Assembly (NCBI RefSeq): GCF_028368995.1
Contig: NZ_JAQNDL010000001.1
Coordinates: 3,136,001-3,200,000 of the forward strand
Reading direction: 5' to 3'
Source of the DNA: Nannocystis bainbridge
GTDB taxonomy: Bacteria; Myxococcota_A; Polyangia; Nannocystales; Nannocystaceae
Length of the DNA: 64,000 bases
Positions 28,232-42,048 of the stretch are shown piece by piece. The notes beneath the pieces are model-generated. The model was given only the letters and a program-made list of their open reading frames with translations. It was not told the DNA's origin and made no database searches. Positions within the stretch are counted from its first letter, which is position 1, and each line of letters begins with the position of its first letter. A program made the translations under genes and the position numbers.

Positions 28232-28735
28232 CTAAGGCCGCCTTCCGCCGAGGCCGACGTCCGAGAGCGCCGCGAGCGTCGCCATCAGCTCCTCGCGGAC
28301 CTCCGGCGAAAGCCCCGGATCGGCCACGGCTGCCTCCAGGTGCCCGATCCGCGGCAACCATGTCGCGTGGGCCGACTCGTCGAAGGCCACGCCCGCGGGG
28401 GTCAGCGCCGCGGCCTCATCGCGCAACGCCTGCGCCTCGCTCAGCGAGATCGGTGGCGCCTTGGTGACGACGATCGGCGGCAGTTCGGCGGACACCTCGT
28501 TCGCGCGCGCCGGCTCGACCTCCGACGCGTCGGCCTGCAGCCCTTGCAGCGCCACGGCCGCGACCACACCGAGCGCTGCCGCGGCCAGCATCGACGGCCA
28601 CTGGCGCCACCGCGGCTCCGGCAGGCTCCGGCGACAGCCCTCGGCGGTTCGCCGCTCCACGCCGGGCGCGATCGCCGGCCGCGAACTGTCGCGGCGGTCC
28701 CTTCGCCCCTGCCGCCTCTCGAGATCCGGACCCAT
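28232..28735 (-). CDS. Hypothetical membrane-anchored protein divergent from lexA
   Basis: Hydrophobic MLAAAALGVVAAVAL and a helical C-terminus; start uncertain. Confidence 0.5.
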   Translation of the reverse strand: MGPDLERRQGRRDRRDSSRPAIAPGVERRTAEGCRRSLPEPRWRQWPSMLAAAALGVVAAVALQGLQADASEVEPARANEVSAELPPIVVTKAPPISLSEAQALRDEAAALTPAGVAFDESAHATWLPRIGHLEAAVADPGLSPEVREELMATLAALSDVGLGGRRP

Positions 28736-28833
28736 GTCGGCAGGGTCGCGGGGGCCGGGCCGGCGGGCAAATTTCAGGCTCCAGCGGCCCTGTCGGGCGG
28801 CCCTGCGGGCGCCCCTTCGCAGTTCCGCATAGC

Positions 28834-28870
28834 TTGACCTGAGCAAATTGTTTGTATACACCCGTTCAGT
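28834..28870 (+). promoter_or_regulatory. lexA promoter with overlapping LexA (SOS) box
   Basis: TTGACC at 28834-28839; GTATACACCCGTTCAGT at 28854-28870 matches 15 of 17 positions of the M. xanthus LexA consensus CTRHAMRYBYGTTCAGS. Confidence 0.65.
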
Positions 28871-28913
28871 GTCGAAGGCGTGATCTCCGCAGTCGCCGCA
28901 GGAGGCTCTCCCC

Positions 28914-29552
28914 GTGAAACCCCAGCTCACCCACCGCCAGCAGCAAGCGCTCGACTTCATCTCCTCCTGCCTGGAGGCGAACGGGTACCCGCCCACGCTG
29001 CGCGAAATCGGCGAGCACATGGGGATTCGCTCGACCAACGGGGTCAACGACCACCTCAAGGCGCTCGAGCGCAAGGGGTACCTGCTCCGCGAGGAGCTCA
29101 AGAGCCGCGCGCTGCGCCCGGTGGATGCGCCGGAGAGCGCCGCGCGGGCCCGCGCCACCGAGATCCCGATCCTCGGGCGCGTCGCCGCCGGTCAGCCGAT
29201 CCTGGCTGACGAGAACGTCACCAACCGGATCAGCGTCGACCAGTTCTTCCTCCACGGCAATCAGCCGCGCGAGGTGTTCGGCCTCGTCGTCCACGGCGAG
29301 AGCATGATCGAGGACGGAATCTTCGACGGCGATTACGTGTTCGTCCGTCGCCAGGCCAACGCCGAGCGGGGCGAGATCGTCGTGGCGATGATCGAGGGCG
29401 AGGTGACGTGCAAGCGTTACTACCTCGAAGGCGACCGGATCCGTCTGCAGCCCGGCAACGCGGCGATGCAACCGATCTTCGTCCACCGCGGCGATCATCG
29501 CGCCTTCGAGTTGGTTGGCAAGGTCATCGGCGTCTACCGCAGCCTCCACTAG
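28914..29552 (+). CDS. lexA: LexA repressor
   Basis: [19 protein letters not shown] cleavage site, GESM catalytic Ser and TCKR catalytic Lys. Confidence 0.95.
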   Translation: MKPQLTHRQQQALDFISSCLEANGYPPTLREIGEHMGIRSTNGVNDHLKALERKGYLLREELKSRALRPVDAPESAARARATEIPILGRVAAGQPILADENVTNRISVDQFFLHGNQPREVFGLVVHGESMIEDGIFDGDYVFVRRQANAERGEIVVAMIEGEVTCKRYYLEGDRIRLQPGNAAMQPIFVHRGDHRAFELVGKVIGVYRSLH

Positions 29553-29642
29553 CGCGCCGGCAGTTTCGCCGCTGCCGCCGCCGTGAGGCCAAGCAGCCGC
29601 GGCGGCGAGCCCTTACGAAATATTTCCGCTACAGTGTTGCCC

Positions 29643-31826
29643 GTGTCGCGGCCGCCCACACCTGGCGCTCTCGCGCCTGGGGACCGCAGTCGGCGTCGTC
29701 GGGGCGTCGGACCTCTCGCGCTCCTCGGCTGCTTCCTGTTCTCTGCGGGCCTCAACGTGGCCGCGGTGAGCACGAGCCTGCTGGTGCTGATCCGCGCCGA
29801 CGACCGCGTCGCCTCGCACCCGGTCGCGCGCAAGCCCGCGTGCGTCAACGGCTACGAGCGCGGCGTCGACCTGCTGGAGAAGGCGCTGTCGGGCGACGAG
29901 GGCCGACTCTACGACGGCCTCCTGCACACCATCGTCGACGGCAAGTGCGAGACCGAGGTGATCGTCGCATTGGTCGACGACAAGGACCCGGTCGATCCGC
30001 TGGCCGAGCTCGACGACCCCGACCTGCCGGAGCCGCGCAAGAAAGAGCGCGAGAAGAAAAAGAAGGAAGAGGAGAAGCCGCCCGAGCCGCTGCCGGTCGA
30101 GGAGCCGAAGCCCGAGGAGAAGAAGAAGGAAGAGGAGCAGCCGAAGCCCGAGGAGGAGCAGCCGAAGGAGAAGATCGACTTCGAGCTGCTGCAGCTCAAG
30201 ATGGTCGAGCAGCTCGAGGAGAAGGACGAGAAGGAGTCCCCCGACGACGCCCACTACCTCTCCAACGTCAACCGCGACGTCACCGAAGAGACCCGGGCCG
30301 AGATGACCAACCTGCAGCGGGACGCCGAGCAGGCCAAGGCCTCGCAGCAGGAGCCGAGCGAAGAGCCCACCAAGGGCATGGCCAACGAAGAGAAGATCGC
30401 CGAGACGCGCGAGCAGAAGAGCCAGCTCGCGCAGGAGGCCCCCAAGGTCCAGCAGAGCCCGGAGACCAAGATCCCGGAGCAGAACGACCCGCGGGCCAAG
30501 AGCAACCTGGCGATGCGCGACCTGGCCCCGCGCGAGCACTCGCCCGAGATGCTCAAGCACGAGGCCGTCGCCGACGCCGCCAACTCCGGCGAGCTCGCGC
30601 CCGACAAGAAGTCCGCCGCCGCGGTCATGCAGCGCAACAAGCAGCAGGCCGGCTCGTCGGACACCAAATCACCTGTCCTTCGGTTCAGGTTGTCGGCCAA
30701 CGAGATGAACGCGCTGTTCGGGCGCGACATCGCCGAGAAGAAGGACCTCGTGTCCCAGCGCCAGTCGAAGAAGAAGGGCATCTGGGAGGAGGCGCGCGAG
30801 CTGTATCAGTCGCCGCTCGAGAACATGGTCCCCGAGGTCCGGCCCGGCAACCAGACCGCGCTGCGCTCGCGCAAGCACCCGTTCGCCCAGTTCATCGCCA
30901 CGATGCACCGGACGATCCACGACAAGTGGGCGTTCGGCTTCCTCGAGCAGCTCGACACGATGGGCCGCGGCAACGCGCTCAACAAGCCCGACCTGTGGAC
31001 CCGCGTCGAGATCGTGCTCAACAGCGACGGCTCGCTCGACAAGCTGCGGACGGTCCGTTACTCCGGCAACATGCAGTTCGACGGGGCCGCGCGCGAGGTC
31101 GTGCGCAACGCCGGGCCCTACCCGCAGCCGCCGCGCGAGATCTTGAGCGGCAACGGCAAGGTCTACATCCACTGGGCGTTCCACCGCGACGAGCGGGCCT
31201 GCGGCACCTTCGGCGCCGAGCCGTTCATCCTCGACAACTCCGGTCAGGGCGAGCGACCCGATCCGAACCGGGCTGTCCGTCCGGCCAGCTCCGAGTCGGA
31301 GGCGAATGCGTCGCGGCGGCTCGCGCGTCAAGCGGGCCCGGCCGCGCCCGGGCCGTCCGGTCCCGAGGGCCCGTCGGCCCCCGGCGGCCACAACCATGAG
31401 CACGGCGAGGGCGACGGTCACAACCACGGCACCCCGCCCGAGCAGGGCAGCAGCGGCGACCAGCCCGACGCCGAGGCCAAGCACGCCGCCAACGCCTGGC
31501 TCAAGGTGTTCGCCGCCCGCGACGCCGCCAAGCTGGCCGCGCGCGCCAGCCTGCCGTTCGTCATCGGCGACCAGGTGGTCGCTCGCACCCGCGAGGAGCT
31601 GCAAGGTGTCCTTCAGGCCATGCTCGACGAGGCCGGCAGCGGCGCGCCGGGAGCGGCCGAGGTCTTCACCGCCTCCGGCCTGCGCAAGCGCTTCGGCAGC
31701 GTCCCCGCCGGCGTGCAGGAGGGCCTCGGCCGCAACTACGCGGTCAGCAAGGTCCGCGGCGAACCCTTCATCCTGATCCTCGAGCGCCGCTTCGGCGACT
31801 GGCGCGTCGTCGGCGTCGCCCGCTGA
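29643..31826 (+). CDS. TonB/TolA-like membrane-anchored protein with a TonB C-terminal domain
   Basis: N-terminal TM; E/K/P-rich extended linker; VEIVLNSDGSL..SGNMQFDGAAREVVRNAGPYPQPP; GTG 29643 lies 7 nt after TACAGT. Confidence 0.75.
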   Translation: MSRPPTPGALAPGDRSRRRRGVGPLALLGCFLFSAGLNVAAVSTSLLVLIRADDRVASHPVARKPACVNGYERGVDLLEKALSGDEGRLYDGLLHTIVDGKCETEVIVALVDDKDPVDPLAELDDPDLPEPRKKEREKKKKEEEKPPEPLPVEEPKPEEKKKEEEQPKPEEEQPKEKIDFELLQLKMVEQLEEKDEKESPDDAHYLSNVNRDVTEETRAEMTNLQRDAEQAKASQQEPSEEPTKGMANEEKIAETREQKSQLAQEAPKVQQSPETKIPEQNDPRAKSNLAMRDLAPREHSPEMLKHEAVADAANSGELAPDKKSAAAVMQRNKQQAGSSDTKSPVLRFRLSANEMNALFGRDIAEKKDLVSQRQSKKKGIWEEARELYQSPLENMVPEVRPGNQTALRSRKHPFAQFIATMHRTIHDKWAFGFLEQLDTMGRGNALNKPDLWTRVEIVLNSDGSLDKLRTVRYSGNMQFDGAAREVVRNAGPYPQPPREILSGNGKVYIHWAFHRDERACGTFGAEPFILDNSGQGERPDPNRAVRPASSESEANASRRLARQAGPAAPGPSGPEGPSAPGGHNHEHGEGDGHNHGTPPEQGSSGDQPDAEAKHAANAWLKVFAARDAAKLAARASLPFVIGDQVVARTREELQGVLQAMLDEAGSGAPGAAEVFTASGLRKRFGSVPAGVQEGLGRNYAVSKVRGEPFILILERRFGDWRVVGVAR

Positions 31827-32253
31827 GTCGGCGTCACGTACCCGGACTCCGCTGCAGCGGCAGCGCCCCCACGAGCTGGCGCAGGCCGCCGCGTCCGCGG
31901 ATCTCGTGAGTGCGGCCCCGAGTCGCGCGTGGACCCCGATGACCTGTACTCCGCGGCGAACCTCGTCGCGTGGCGCTCGCCGAGTCATGCATGCAGCGAG
32001 CGGCGGCTCGCGGCGCAATTTGCGAGGCGGACTCGAGCACACCGAAGCCCGCTGCTCGCCCGCCTCCCGGGACATGTCCTTTCAGACAGGAATGACGGTC
32101 CCATGAACGTCGTTTGCGCGGCACGGGCGGGCGGGTGCGCGAGCGAGGCGTCCGCGCGTCCACGCGCCGCAGCCCGGGAAACTCCGCTGGGGAGGCGCCT
32201 GGACAGGCGTGCGAGCCTTCGCTACAAGAGGTGCCTGTTGGAGCGCCTCGATC

Positions 32254-34089
32254 ATGGCTGACACACACCTCGCTCAGATGTTTTTCGACCGCGCCCGCTC
32301 CGAGGGCCAGAGCCCGGGCTATCGCGTCCGCCAGGGCAACGCCTACGTCGACGTGCCCTTCGGCGAGGCCGCCGATCGCGTCGAGGCGATCGCCGCCGGC
32401 GTGCTGAAGGGCGGCCACGCGCCCGCGATCGGCACCTGCGTCACGATCATGGCCAACACCCGACTCGAGTGGATCCTCGCCGACTGGGCCCTGCTGTCGC
32501 TCGGCTACCGCACCGTCCCGATCTACGTCAGCCTGCTGCCGCCCGAGATCGGCTACATCCACGCCGACACCAAGGCCGAGCTGCTGGTGGTCGAGAACAA
32601 GGAGATGCTCGACAAGGTGCGCGCGGCTCAGCGCGGCTTCACCTTCTTCGAGATCGAGTACCCGGCCGACGCGATCAAGCTCAAGCGCTTCATCGTCCTC
32701 GACCCGACCGGCATCGCCCCCGGGGACGACTGGGAGAGCCTGGCCGACGTCGAGGCCCGCGGCCGCGCCGCGCTGGCCGAGACGAAGGGCGAGCGCGACA
32801 AGCGGATGCAGGCGATCCAGCGCTCCGACGTCGCCACGTACACGTACACCTCCGGCACCACCGGCCCCCCGAAGGGCGTCATCCAGACCCACGGGAACAT
32901 GCTGAGCATGCTCGAGAACGTCGAGGAGGTCGGCATGTTCAGCGACAAGGCGCGGGTCGGCGGCGCCTTCCTGTTCTTGCCGCTGGCGCACTCGTTCGGC
33001 CGCCTCGTCGAGTTCGGCGGCGCCTTCTTCCGCTGCAAGATCGTCCTGTCGTCGATCGCCACCGTCGCCGAGGACCTCGGCCTCGCGCGCCCCGGCTTCC
33101 TGCCCGCGGCCCCGCGGGTGTACGAGCGCGTCTACGGCAAGATCATGACCACGGTCGCCTCGAGCCCGGCGCTGCGGCAGAAGATCTTCCACTGGGCGCT
33201 CGGCGTCGGCAAGGCGACGATCCCCTACCGCCAGAAGAACAAGTCGCTGCCGCTCGCGCTCGGCATCAAGTACGGCCTGGCCGACCGCCTGGTGTTCTCG
33301 AAGCTCAAGGCCAAGCTCGGCATGGACCGCATGCACGTGCTGCTGTCCGGCTCGGCGCCGCTGCCGAAGGAGGTCGGCGAGTTCTTCATCGCGCTCGGCC
33401 TCAACGTGTGCGAGGCCTACGGCCTGACCGAGACCTGCCCCGGCCTCACCACCAACCGCCCCAACAACTGGAAGATCGGCACCGTCGGTCCGGCCATCAA
33501 GGGCGTTTCCCTGCGCCTCGCCGAGGACGGCGAGATCCTCGCCAAGGGCCCCAACGTCGTCGGCGGCTACCTCAACCGGCCCGACGCCACCGCCGAGGCG
33601 TGGGACAGCGAAGGCTGGTTCCACACCGGCGACATCGGCGAGTTCGACGAGGACATGCACCTGCGGATCACCGACCGCAAGAAGGACCTCATCAAGACCA
33701 GCGGCGGCAAGTACGTCGCCCCGCAGAAGATCGAGGCCCTGCTCAAGACCAAGCCGATCCTCAGCGAGGCGGTCGTCATCGGCGACGGTCGCAAGTACTG
33801 CGTCGTCCTCGTCACCGTCGACAAGGAGAAGCTCGCCGCCTGGTCGCAGCGCACCGGTAACCCCGCCGACATCAACAGCGGCGCCGTGCAGAAGGAAGTC
33901 CAGGGCTACCTCGACGAGGTCAACCAGAGCCTCGCCTCGTTCGAGTCGATCAAGTACTTCAAGATCGCCCCCGAGGAGTTCACGGTCGACAATGGCATGC
34001 TGACGGCCTCGTTCAAGGTCAAGCGCAAGGAGGTCTCCAAGCGCTACAAGGCCCTGATCGACTCGATGTTCTCGGCCGGCAAGGAGTGA
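32254..34089 (+). CDS. fadD: Long-chain fatty acid-CoA ligase (AMP-dependent synthetase)
   Basis: YTSGTTGPPKG, LPLAH, EAYGLTET, GWFHTGDIG and DRKKDLIKTSGGKYVAP motifs. Confidence 0.9.
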   Translation: MADTHLAQMFFDRARSEGQSPGYRVRQGNAYVDVPFGEAADRVEAIAAGVLKGGHAPAIGTCVTIMANTRLEWILADWALLSLGYRTVPIYVSLLPPEIGYIHADTKAELLVVENKEMLDKVRAAQRGFTFFEIEYPADAIKLKRFIVLDPTGIAPGDDWESLADVEARGRAALAETKGERDKRMQAIQRSDVATYTYTSGTTGPPKGVIQTHGNMLSMLENVEEVGMFSDKARVGGAFLFLPLAHSFGRLVEFGGAFFRCKIVLSSIATVAEDLGLARPGFLPAAPRVYERVYGKIMTTVASSPALRQKIFHWALGVGKATIPYRQKNKSLPLALGIKYGLADRLVFSKLKAKLGMDRMHVLLSGSAPLPKEVGEFFIALGLNVCEAYGLTETCPGLTTNRPNNWKIGTVGPAIKGVSLRLAEDGEILAKGPNVVGGYLNRPDATAEAWDSEGWFHTGDIGEFDEDMHLRITDRKKDLIKTSGGKYVAPQKIEALLKTKPILSEAVVIGDGRKYCVVLVTVDKEKLAAWSQRTGNPADINSGAVQKEVQGYLDEVNQSLASFESIKYFKIAPEEFTVDNGMLTASFKVKRKEVSKRYKALIDSMFSAGKE

Positions 34090-34101
34090 GCTGACCGCTC
34101 C

Positions 34102-34163
34102 GCCATGTCCGATCGGACATGGCACAAGAGACATGGCGCCGAGGACATGCCCTCGGCGCCATC
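34102..34163. repeat. 14-bp palindrome array between convergent genes
   Basis: Junctions at 34104, 34118, 34132, 34146 and 34160; perfect unit TGTCCGATCGGACA at 34106. Confidence 0.85.
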
Positions 34164-34184
34164 TTCATTTCTGCCGCAAGAGCG

Positions 34185-37919
<3,735 letters not shown>

Positions 37920-38000
37920 ACTGCGGCCTCAGACAACCTCGTCCCGGCGAGGTTCCCCGCGATCCCGACGCCCGCACGAACGCGGGCCCCCTACGCCGGA

Positions 38001-39311
38001 TCAGAGCGGCGGCAACCCGACCAGCGCCGCGTGGGTGTCGGCCCACATCTTCAGGCCCACGAGGTCGAGGGAGTAAACGCTCGTCACGCTCCACGGCCAC
38101 GCGCCCGCGTAGCCGTTGGCGCGCAGGACATCGAGCCGCGCGGCCGCCTGGTCCGAGACGATGAACTCGCCCACCACCATCGGCCGGTCGAGCCCGAGGT
38201 CGGCGTATGCCTGCACCGTCGGCGAGAACTGCACCGTCCCGAGCTCCGGATCGCCGTTCCACTGCTGCCCGTCCATCCACGGGTAGTAGTGCGTCTGGTA
38301 GAAGTCGAGCCCCAGCGGCGGCAGCCCGTGCGAGCTGGCGAACTCGGGCGTCCACACGCGATACCACTTCAACGACGCCGACCCCAGCGTCACGTAGGCT
38401 GAAGTGTGGGTGTGCACGGCTTCGCTGACGGTGGCCGCGAACGCGTAGAAGTCTGCCAGCGGGACGGCGTCGGCGCCGCCGTCGGGCGAGGCGGCGGGCA
38501 GGTCGGCGATCGACCACTCTGGCTCGTTCATGATCTCCCACGCGAGGATCGCCGGCTCGTCGGCGAACTCCTGCAAGAGCGGCACGATCGCCGCCTCGAC
38601 CAGCGCCGCCCGCTTGGCCGGATCTTCGAGCGTGTCGCTGCGCCCGCCCGTCTGCACCCCGTTGTTGTGCTGGGCCCAGAACATCCAGTGGAAATCGAGC
38701 AGCACCGGCACGAGGTAGATGCCCCGCGCCCGTGCGATCGCCACGGCCTCATGCATGTCCTCGAGGACATGTTCTCCGAGACCGGTCGGATTGCCGTCGC
38801 CCGAGAACGAGATCCCCGCGCGACCGTCGGTGAACACGAACCATCGCGCCACCCGCAGCCCATGACTCTGCAGCGCGTCGAAGTGCGCCCCGACCTCGGC
38901 CTGCTTGGTGTGCACCCCGTAGGTGCCCCAATTGTTGCTGCCGAAATCGCCGCCGTAGTTCAGCCACGGATAGTTGGCGCCCAGCAGGAAGTAATCACCG
39001 TCACCGACCGGGATCGTGCTCCCGGGTGGCACGTCCTGCCCGCCGGTCGTCCCGCTGCTCGAGCTCGTCGAGGTGTCACTGGTCGTGCTCGTCGTGCTCG
39101 TCGTGCTGGTGCTCGTGCTCGAGCTCGTCTCCACGCCGGTCGTCGGCGCCGTCGTACCCCACGTCGTCGTCGTGTCCCACGTCGTGCCCCACGTCGTCGT
39201 CGTCGTCATCGACGAGGTCGTGTCGAAGTCGGCGGCGAACGTGGTCTCGAACCCGTCGTCCAGCTGACACGCGAGCGCGAGCGACCCGAGGACCAGAACC
39301 AGTCGATGCAT
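38001..39311 (-). CDS. Clan GH-A (GH5-like) glycoside hydrolase lipoprotein
   Basis: LALAC lipobox; Thr-rich linker; GANYPW, AWEIMNEP (acid/base), HYY and VVGEF (nucleophile). Confidence 0.8.
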   Translation of the reverse strand: MHRLVLVLGSLALACQLDDGFETTFAADFDTTSSMTTTTTWGTTWDTTTTWGTTAPTTGVETSSSTSTSTTSTTSTTSDTSTSSSSGTTGGQDVPPGSTIPVGDGDYFLLGANYPWLNYGGDFGSNNWGTYGVHTKQAEVGAHFDALQSHGLRVARWFVFTDGRAGISFSGDGNPTGLGEHVLEDMHEAVAIARARGIYLVPVLLDFHWMFWAQHNNGVQTGGRSDTLEDPAKRAALVEAAIVPLLQEFADEPAILAWEIMNEPEWSIADLPAASPDGGADAVPLADFYAFAATVSEAVHTHTSAYVTLGSASLKWYRVWTPEFASSHGLPPLGLDFYQTHYYPWMDGQQWNGDPELGTVQFSPTVQAYADLGLDRPMVVGEFIVSDQAAARLDVLRANGYAGAWPWSVTSVYSLDLVGLKMWADTHAALVGLPPL

Positions 39312-39415
39312 CCCCTTACGATAGCGGCGAGCGCCGCGGAGCGCACCGAGCCCACAAATGGCCGAGGGCCACCCGGCATAGCCGGACAGCCCCCGCGTGC
39401 TGACGTGCAGCAGGA

Positions 39416-40681
39416 TTAGTTCGTCGCGACCGCGGCGCTGACCGAGCCGGCAGCCTGGAGCTGCGTGCTGAGGCGGCCCGCCGAGTCGGTGATGAGCTTG
39501 GCGGCCTCCGGCAGCAGGCCGATGGCACAAGCGGCGCCGATCGACGCCTTGAGGTCGCCCGAGGCCTTGAGCGTCCCGGCGGCCGAGTTGACCGCGGTGA
39601 CGCCGGCGTCGCCGAGCGTGGCACTGACTTCGATCAGGCCCTCGGCGCGAGCCACGGCGGCGAGCAGCGCCGCGTAGCGGATCTTGAAGTTGTTGATGAA
39701 GCCCTTGAACTCGGCGCGCAGGTCGGCGCTGCCGCCGGCCTCGGCGTTGAACACGTAGTCCACGCTCAGCGACGGCGGGTAGCACTGGACGCTCGCCTCC
39801 GCCTTGGCGTTGACGGTCGCCTCGCACTCGGCCGACACCTCGGGCGGGGTCGCCTTGCCGGTGCAGCTGCCCTTGCACTCGACGTTCGCCTCGGCGGACG
39901 CCGAGCAACGGGCCTCGGCCGACGCGTCGCAGGAGCCGCTCGGCGGGGTGTACTCGCAGGAGCCGGTGCACTTGCCCTCGCAGGAACCGCCCGCGCCGAG
40001 ATCGCAGGTGCCCTCGCACATGCCGGCGCAGCGACCCTCGAAGTCCTCGCCGTCGCAGCGGCCGCTGCAGGTGCCGTCGCAGGCCGCGGCGGCAGTGAAC
40101 TCGCAGGCGCCCTTGCAGGTGCCTTCGCAGTTCAGGTTCGGCGCCTGACCCTCGCAGGTCAGGCCGCCAGCCGCGTGGCAGTCGGCCTGGGCGTTGACGT
40201 CGATCGCGCAGCTGCCCTCGCACTTGGCCTCGATCGAGCCCGGCTTCGCCATGACGTCGCACTCGGCCGCGGCCTTGACCGCGATGTCGAGCTGCGCCTC
40301 GCAGCGCGGCGGCTCGGCCTTGATCTTCAGGCCGGCCTCGACGTCGATGTACGCCGACAGCTTGGCCTGGAGCGCGGCCTTGAAGTCGCCGCCGACCTCG
40401 GCGCCGACGAGCCCGTAGAGCGCCGTGAGCTCCGCCTGGATGTCGGAGGCGGTGGCGTTGATGGCACCCGACACGTCGAGCGTCGCGCTGAAGAACGCGT
40501 CGATCTCGGCGATGCCGGAGACGTTGAACTTACCGTTGACGAAGGCGTCGGCGTCACACGTGAGCCCGCACTGCTCGGCAATGTTGCCGACGTCGTCGCA
40601 GCCCTGCGTTGCGGTGAGCGACAAACCCGCGATGAGGCCGCCGGCGATCAACCCAAAGGATCCCATTCGATTCGTGATCAT
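39416..40681 (-). CDS. Cys-rich (CxGxC repeat) lipoprotein
   Basis: TQGC lipobox-like site; many CEGxCxGxC repeats flanked by helical segments. Confidence 0.85.
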   Translation of the reverse strand: MITNRMGSFGLIAGGLIAGLSLTATQGCDDVGNIAEQCGLTCDADAFVNGKFNVSGIAEIDAFFSATLDVSGAINATASDIQAELTALYGLVGAEVGGDFKAALQAKLSAYIDVEAGLKIKAEPPRCEAQLDIAVKAAAECDVMAKPGSIEAKCEGSCAIDVNAQADCHAAGGLTCEGQAPNLNCEGTCKGACEFTAAAACDGTCSGRCDGEDFEGRCAGMCEGTCDLGAGGSCEGKCTGSCEYTPPSGSCDASAEARCSASAEANVECKGSCTGKATPPEVSAECEATVNAKAEASVQCYPPSLSVDYVFNAEAGGSADLRAEFKGFINNFKIRYAALLAAVARAEGLIEVSATLGDAGVTAVNSAAGTLKASGDLKASIGAACAIGLLPEAAKLITDSAGRLSTQLQAAGSVSAAVATN

Positions 40682-41082
40682 GATCTTGACTGCTCCTTAC
40701 CAAGCTCTGCGATGAACTCGTCGGTGGTTCCACGGAATTCTCGCCGTGCCGGCGCGTATGCGGACGCACGCGCGCCGAACCGTCGAGATGGTCCCATGAG
40801 CGAAGGACCCTGCAAAGCCCCTTTAAAAGGGAACGAGCCCGGGCGCAGCAACATGTGCACTGCGCTGGGCTCGTTACGAACTGCGACCCAACCGCCCGGG
40901 GGAGGGAGGTTAGCTTTGCAAGGTTCGCTCGCGAAGACAGGACCAAACATGGAAGCCGATGGTGCCCCTTGGACAGCGCGACCGCGCAAATCTTCAAGCC
41001 AGGCCGGCGGGGTTTACCATGCTCTTCGTCGTGCGCCAGCAATGTCCGCGCGCGAAACCGAAGTTGCCCCCAACTTCATGGA

Positions 41083-42045
41083 TCAGGGGTCGTCGTCGGG
41101 GGCGCGCAAGAAATCGACGATGACCGGGCAGTGGTCGCTCACGTCGGCGTAGTCGCGCTCCGGGTGGGTCGGCGTCGAGCGGAACGGGCGGCAGGCATGG
41201 CGCGCGCAGTGAAGGAGTGACTCCGCCTGTACCTTCGCGACCTCGCCGGCGAGGACTCCGCGGACCCACACCAGGTCGAGCAGAGATGGTTCATGCCAGA
41301 CATCGCGCCGACCTCCATCCCAGTACGCGGAGCAGCCTGAGCCATTGACCACTCGCTGCAGCCCGGCCGCGCCGAGACGCGCATCCAGGGCCTGCAGTTC
41401 CTCTTCAGGCCGGCCCCGTGTGGGTCCGGTGGCGTTGAAATCGCCGAGGACGATGACATCGTCGTCATCCTGCGCGATCTCCTCGACGATCCCGGCCAGC
41501 ACCTCCCACTGCGAGCGACGCAGCGCATAGCCCTCGTCGCTCGCCTTGAGGTGCACCACCAGCACGTGGAAGTCGGGCCCGCCGCCGCGCCCGCGCAAGT
41601 AGCCCGAAAGGCCAGGTCGCACCGGACCGCCCATCGTCAGTCCTTCGTGCTCTCGCGGCGCGCCGATCAGCTCGAACACCGATGGGTCGTAGAGGAAGCC
41701 GAGCCGTTGATCGTTGCGCCCGCCGGCGTTCGACAGCGCCAGCTCCCAGCCGGGCATCGCTTGCCGCAGGCGATCGGCGTCGTGGATCTCCTGCACCGCG
41801 ATCACATCGGCCGCGAGCGCCGACAGACGGGCGGCCAGGCGCTCGAGGTCCTGGCCCTCGTCGGGGAAGTTGCGCAGGTTCCACGTCGCCACGCGCAGCT
41901 GGTTCGCCGACTTGCCCGGCGCGGCGCCCTCCCCGGGCAGGCCCCACCAGCGTCGCAGCGGTTCGCCCGCGAGCGACCACGTCGTCACCAGCGCGAGCAC
42001 CAGCACGAAGCCGAGCCACCGCGGCGGTCGTCTGCGGCGCGCCAC
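41083..42045 (-). CDS. Endonuclease/exonuclease/phosphatase family protein
   Basis: ATWNLRNF, AVQEI, VHLKA, LGDFN and SDHCPV motifs; N-terminal TM. Confidence 0.88.
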   Translation of the reverse strand: MARRRRPPRWLGFVLVLALVTTWSLAGEPLRRWWGLPGEGAAPGKSANQLRVATWNLRNFPDEGQDLERLAARLSALAADVIAVQEIHDADRLRQAMPGWELALSNAGGRNDQRLGFLYDPSVFELIGAPREHEGLTMGGPVRPGLSGYLRGRGGGPDFHVLVVHLKASDEGYALRRSQWEVLAGIVEEIAQDDDDVIVLGDFNATGPTRGRPEEELQALDARLGAAGLQRVVNGSGCSAYWDGGRRDVWHEPSLLDLVWVRGVLAGEVAKVQAESLLHCARHACRPFRSTPTHPERDYADVSDHCPVIVDFLRAPDDDP

Positions 42046-42048
42046 GGC

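Noticed and set aside
39060-39210. Thr/Ser codon microrepeats (also at about 3130-3200 and 8800-8900)
   Set aside because: Ordinary low-complexity linkers of myxobacterial secreted proteins.
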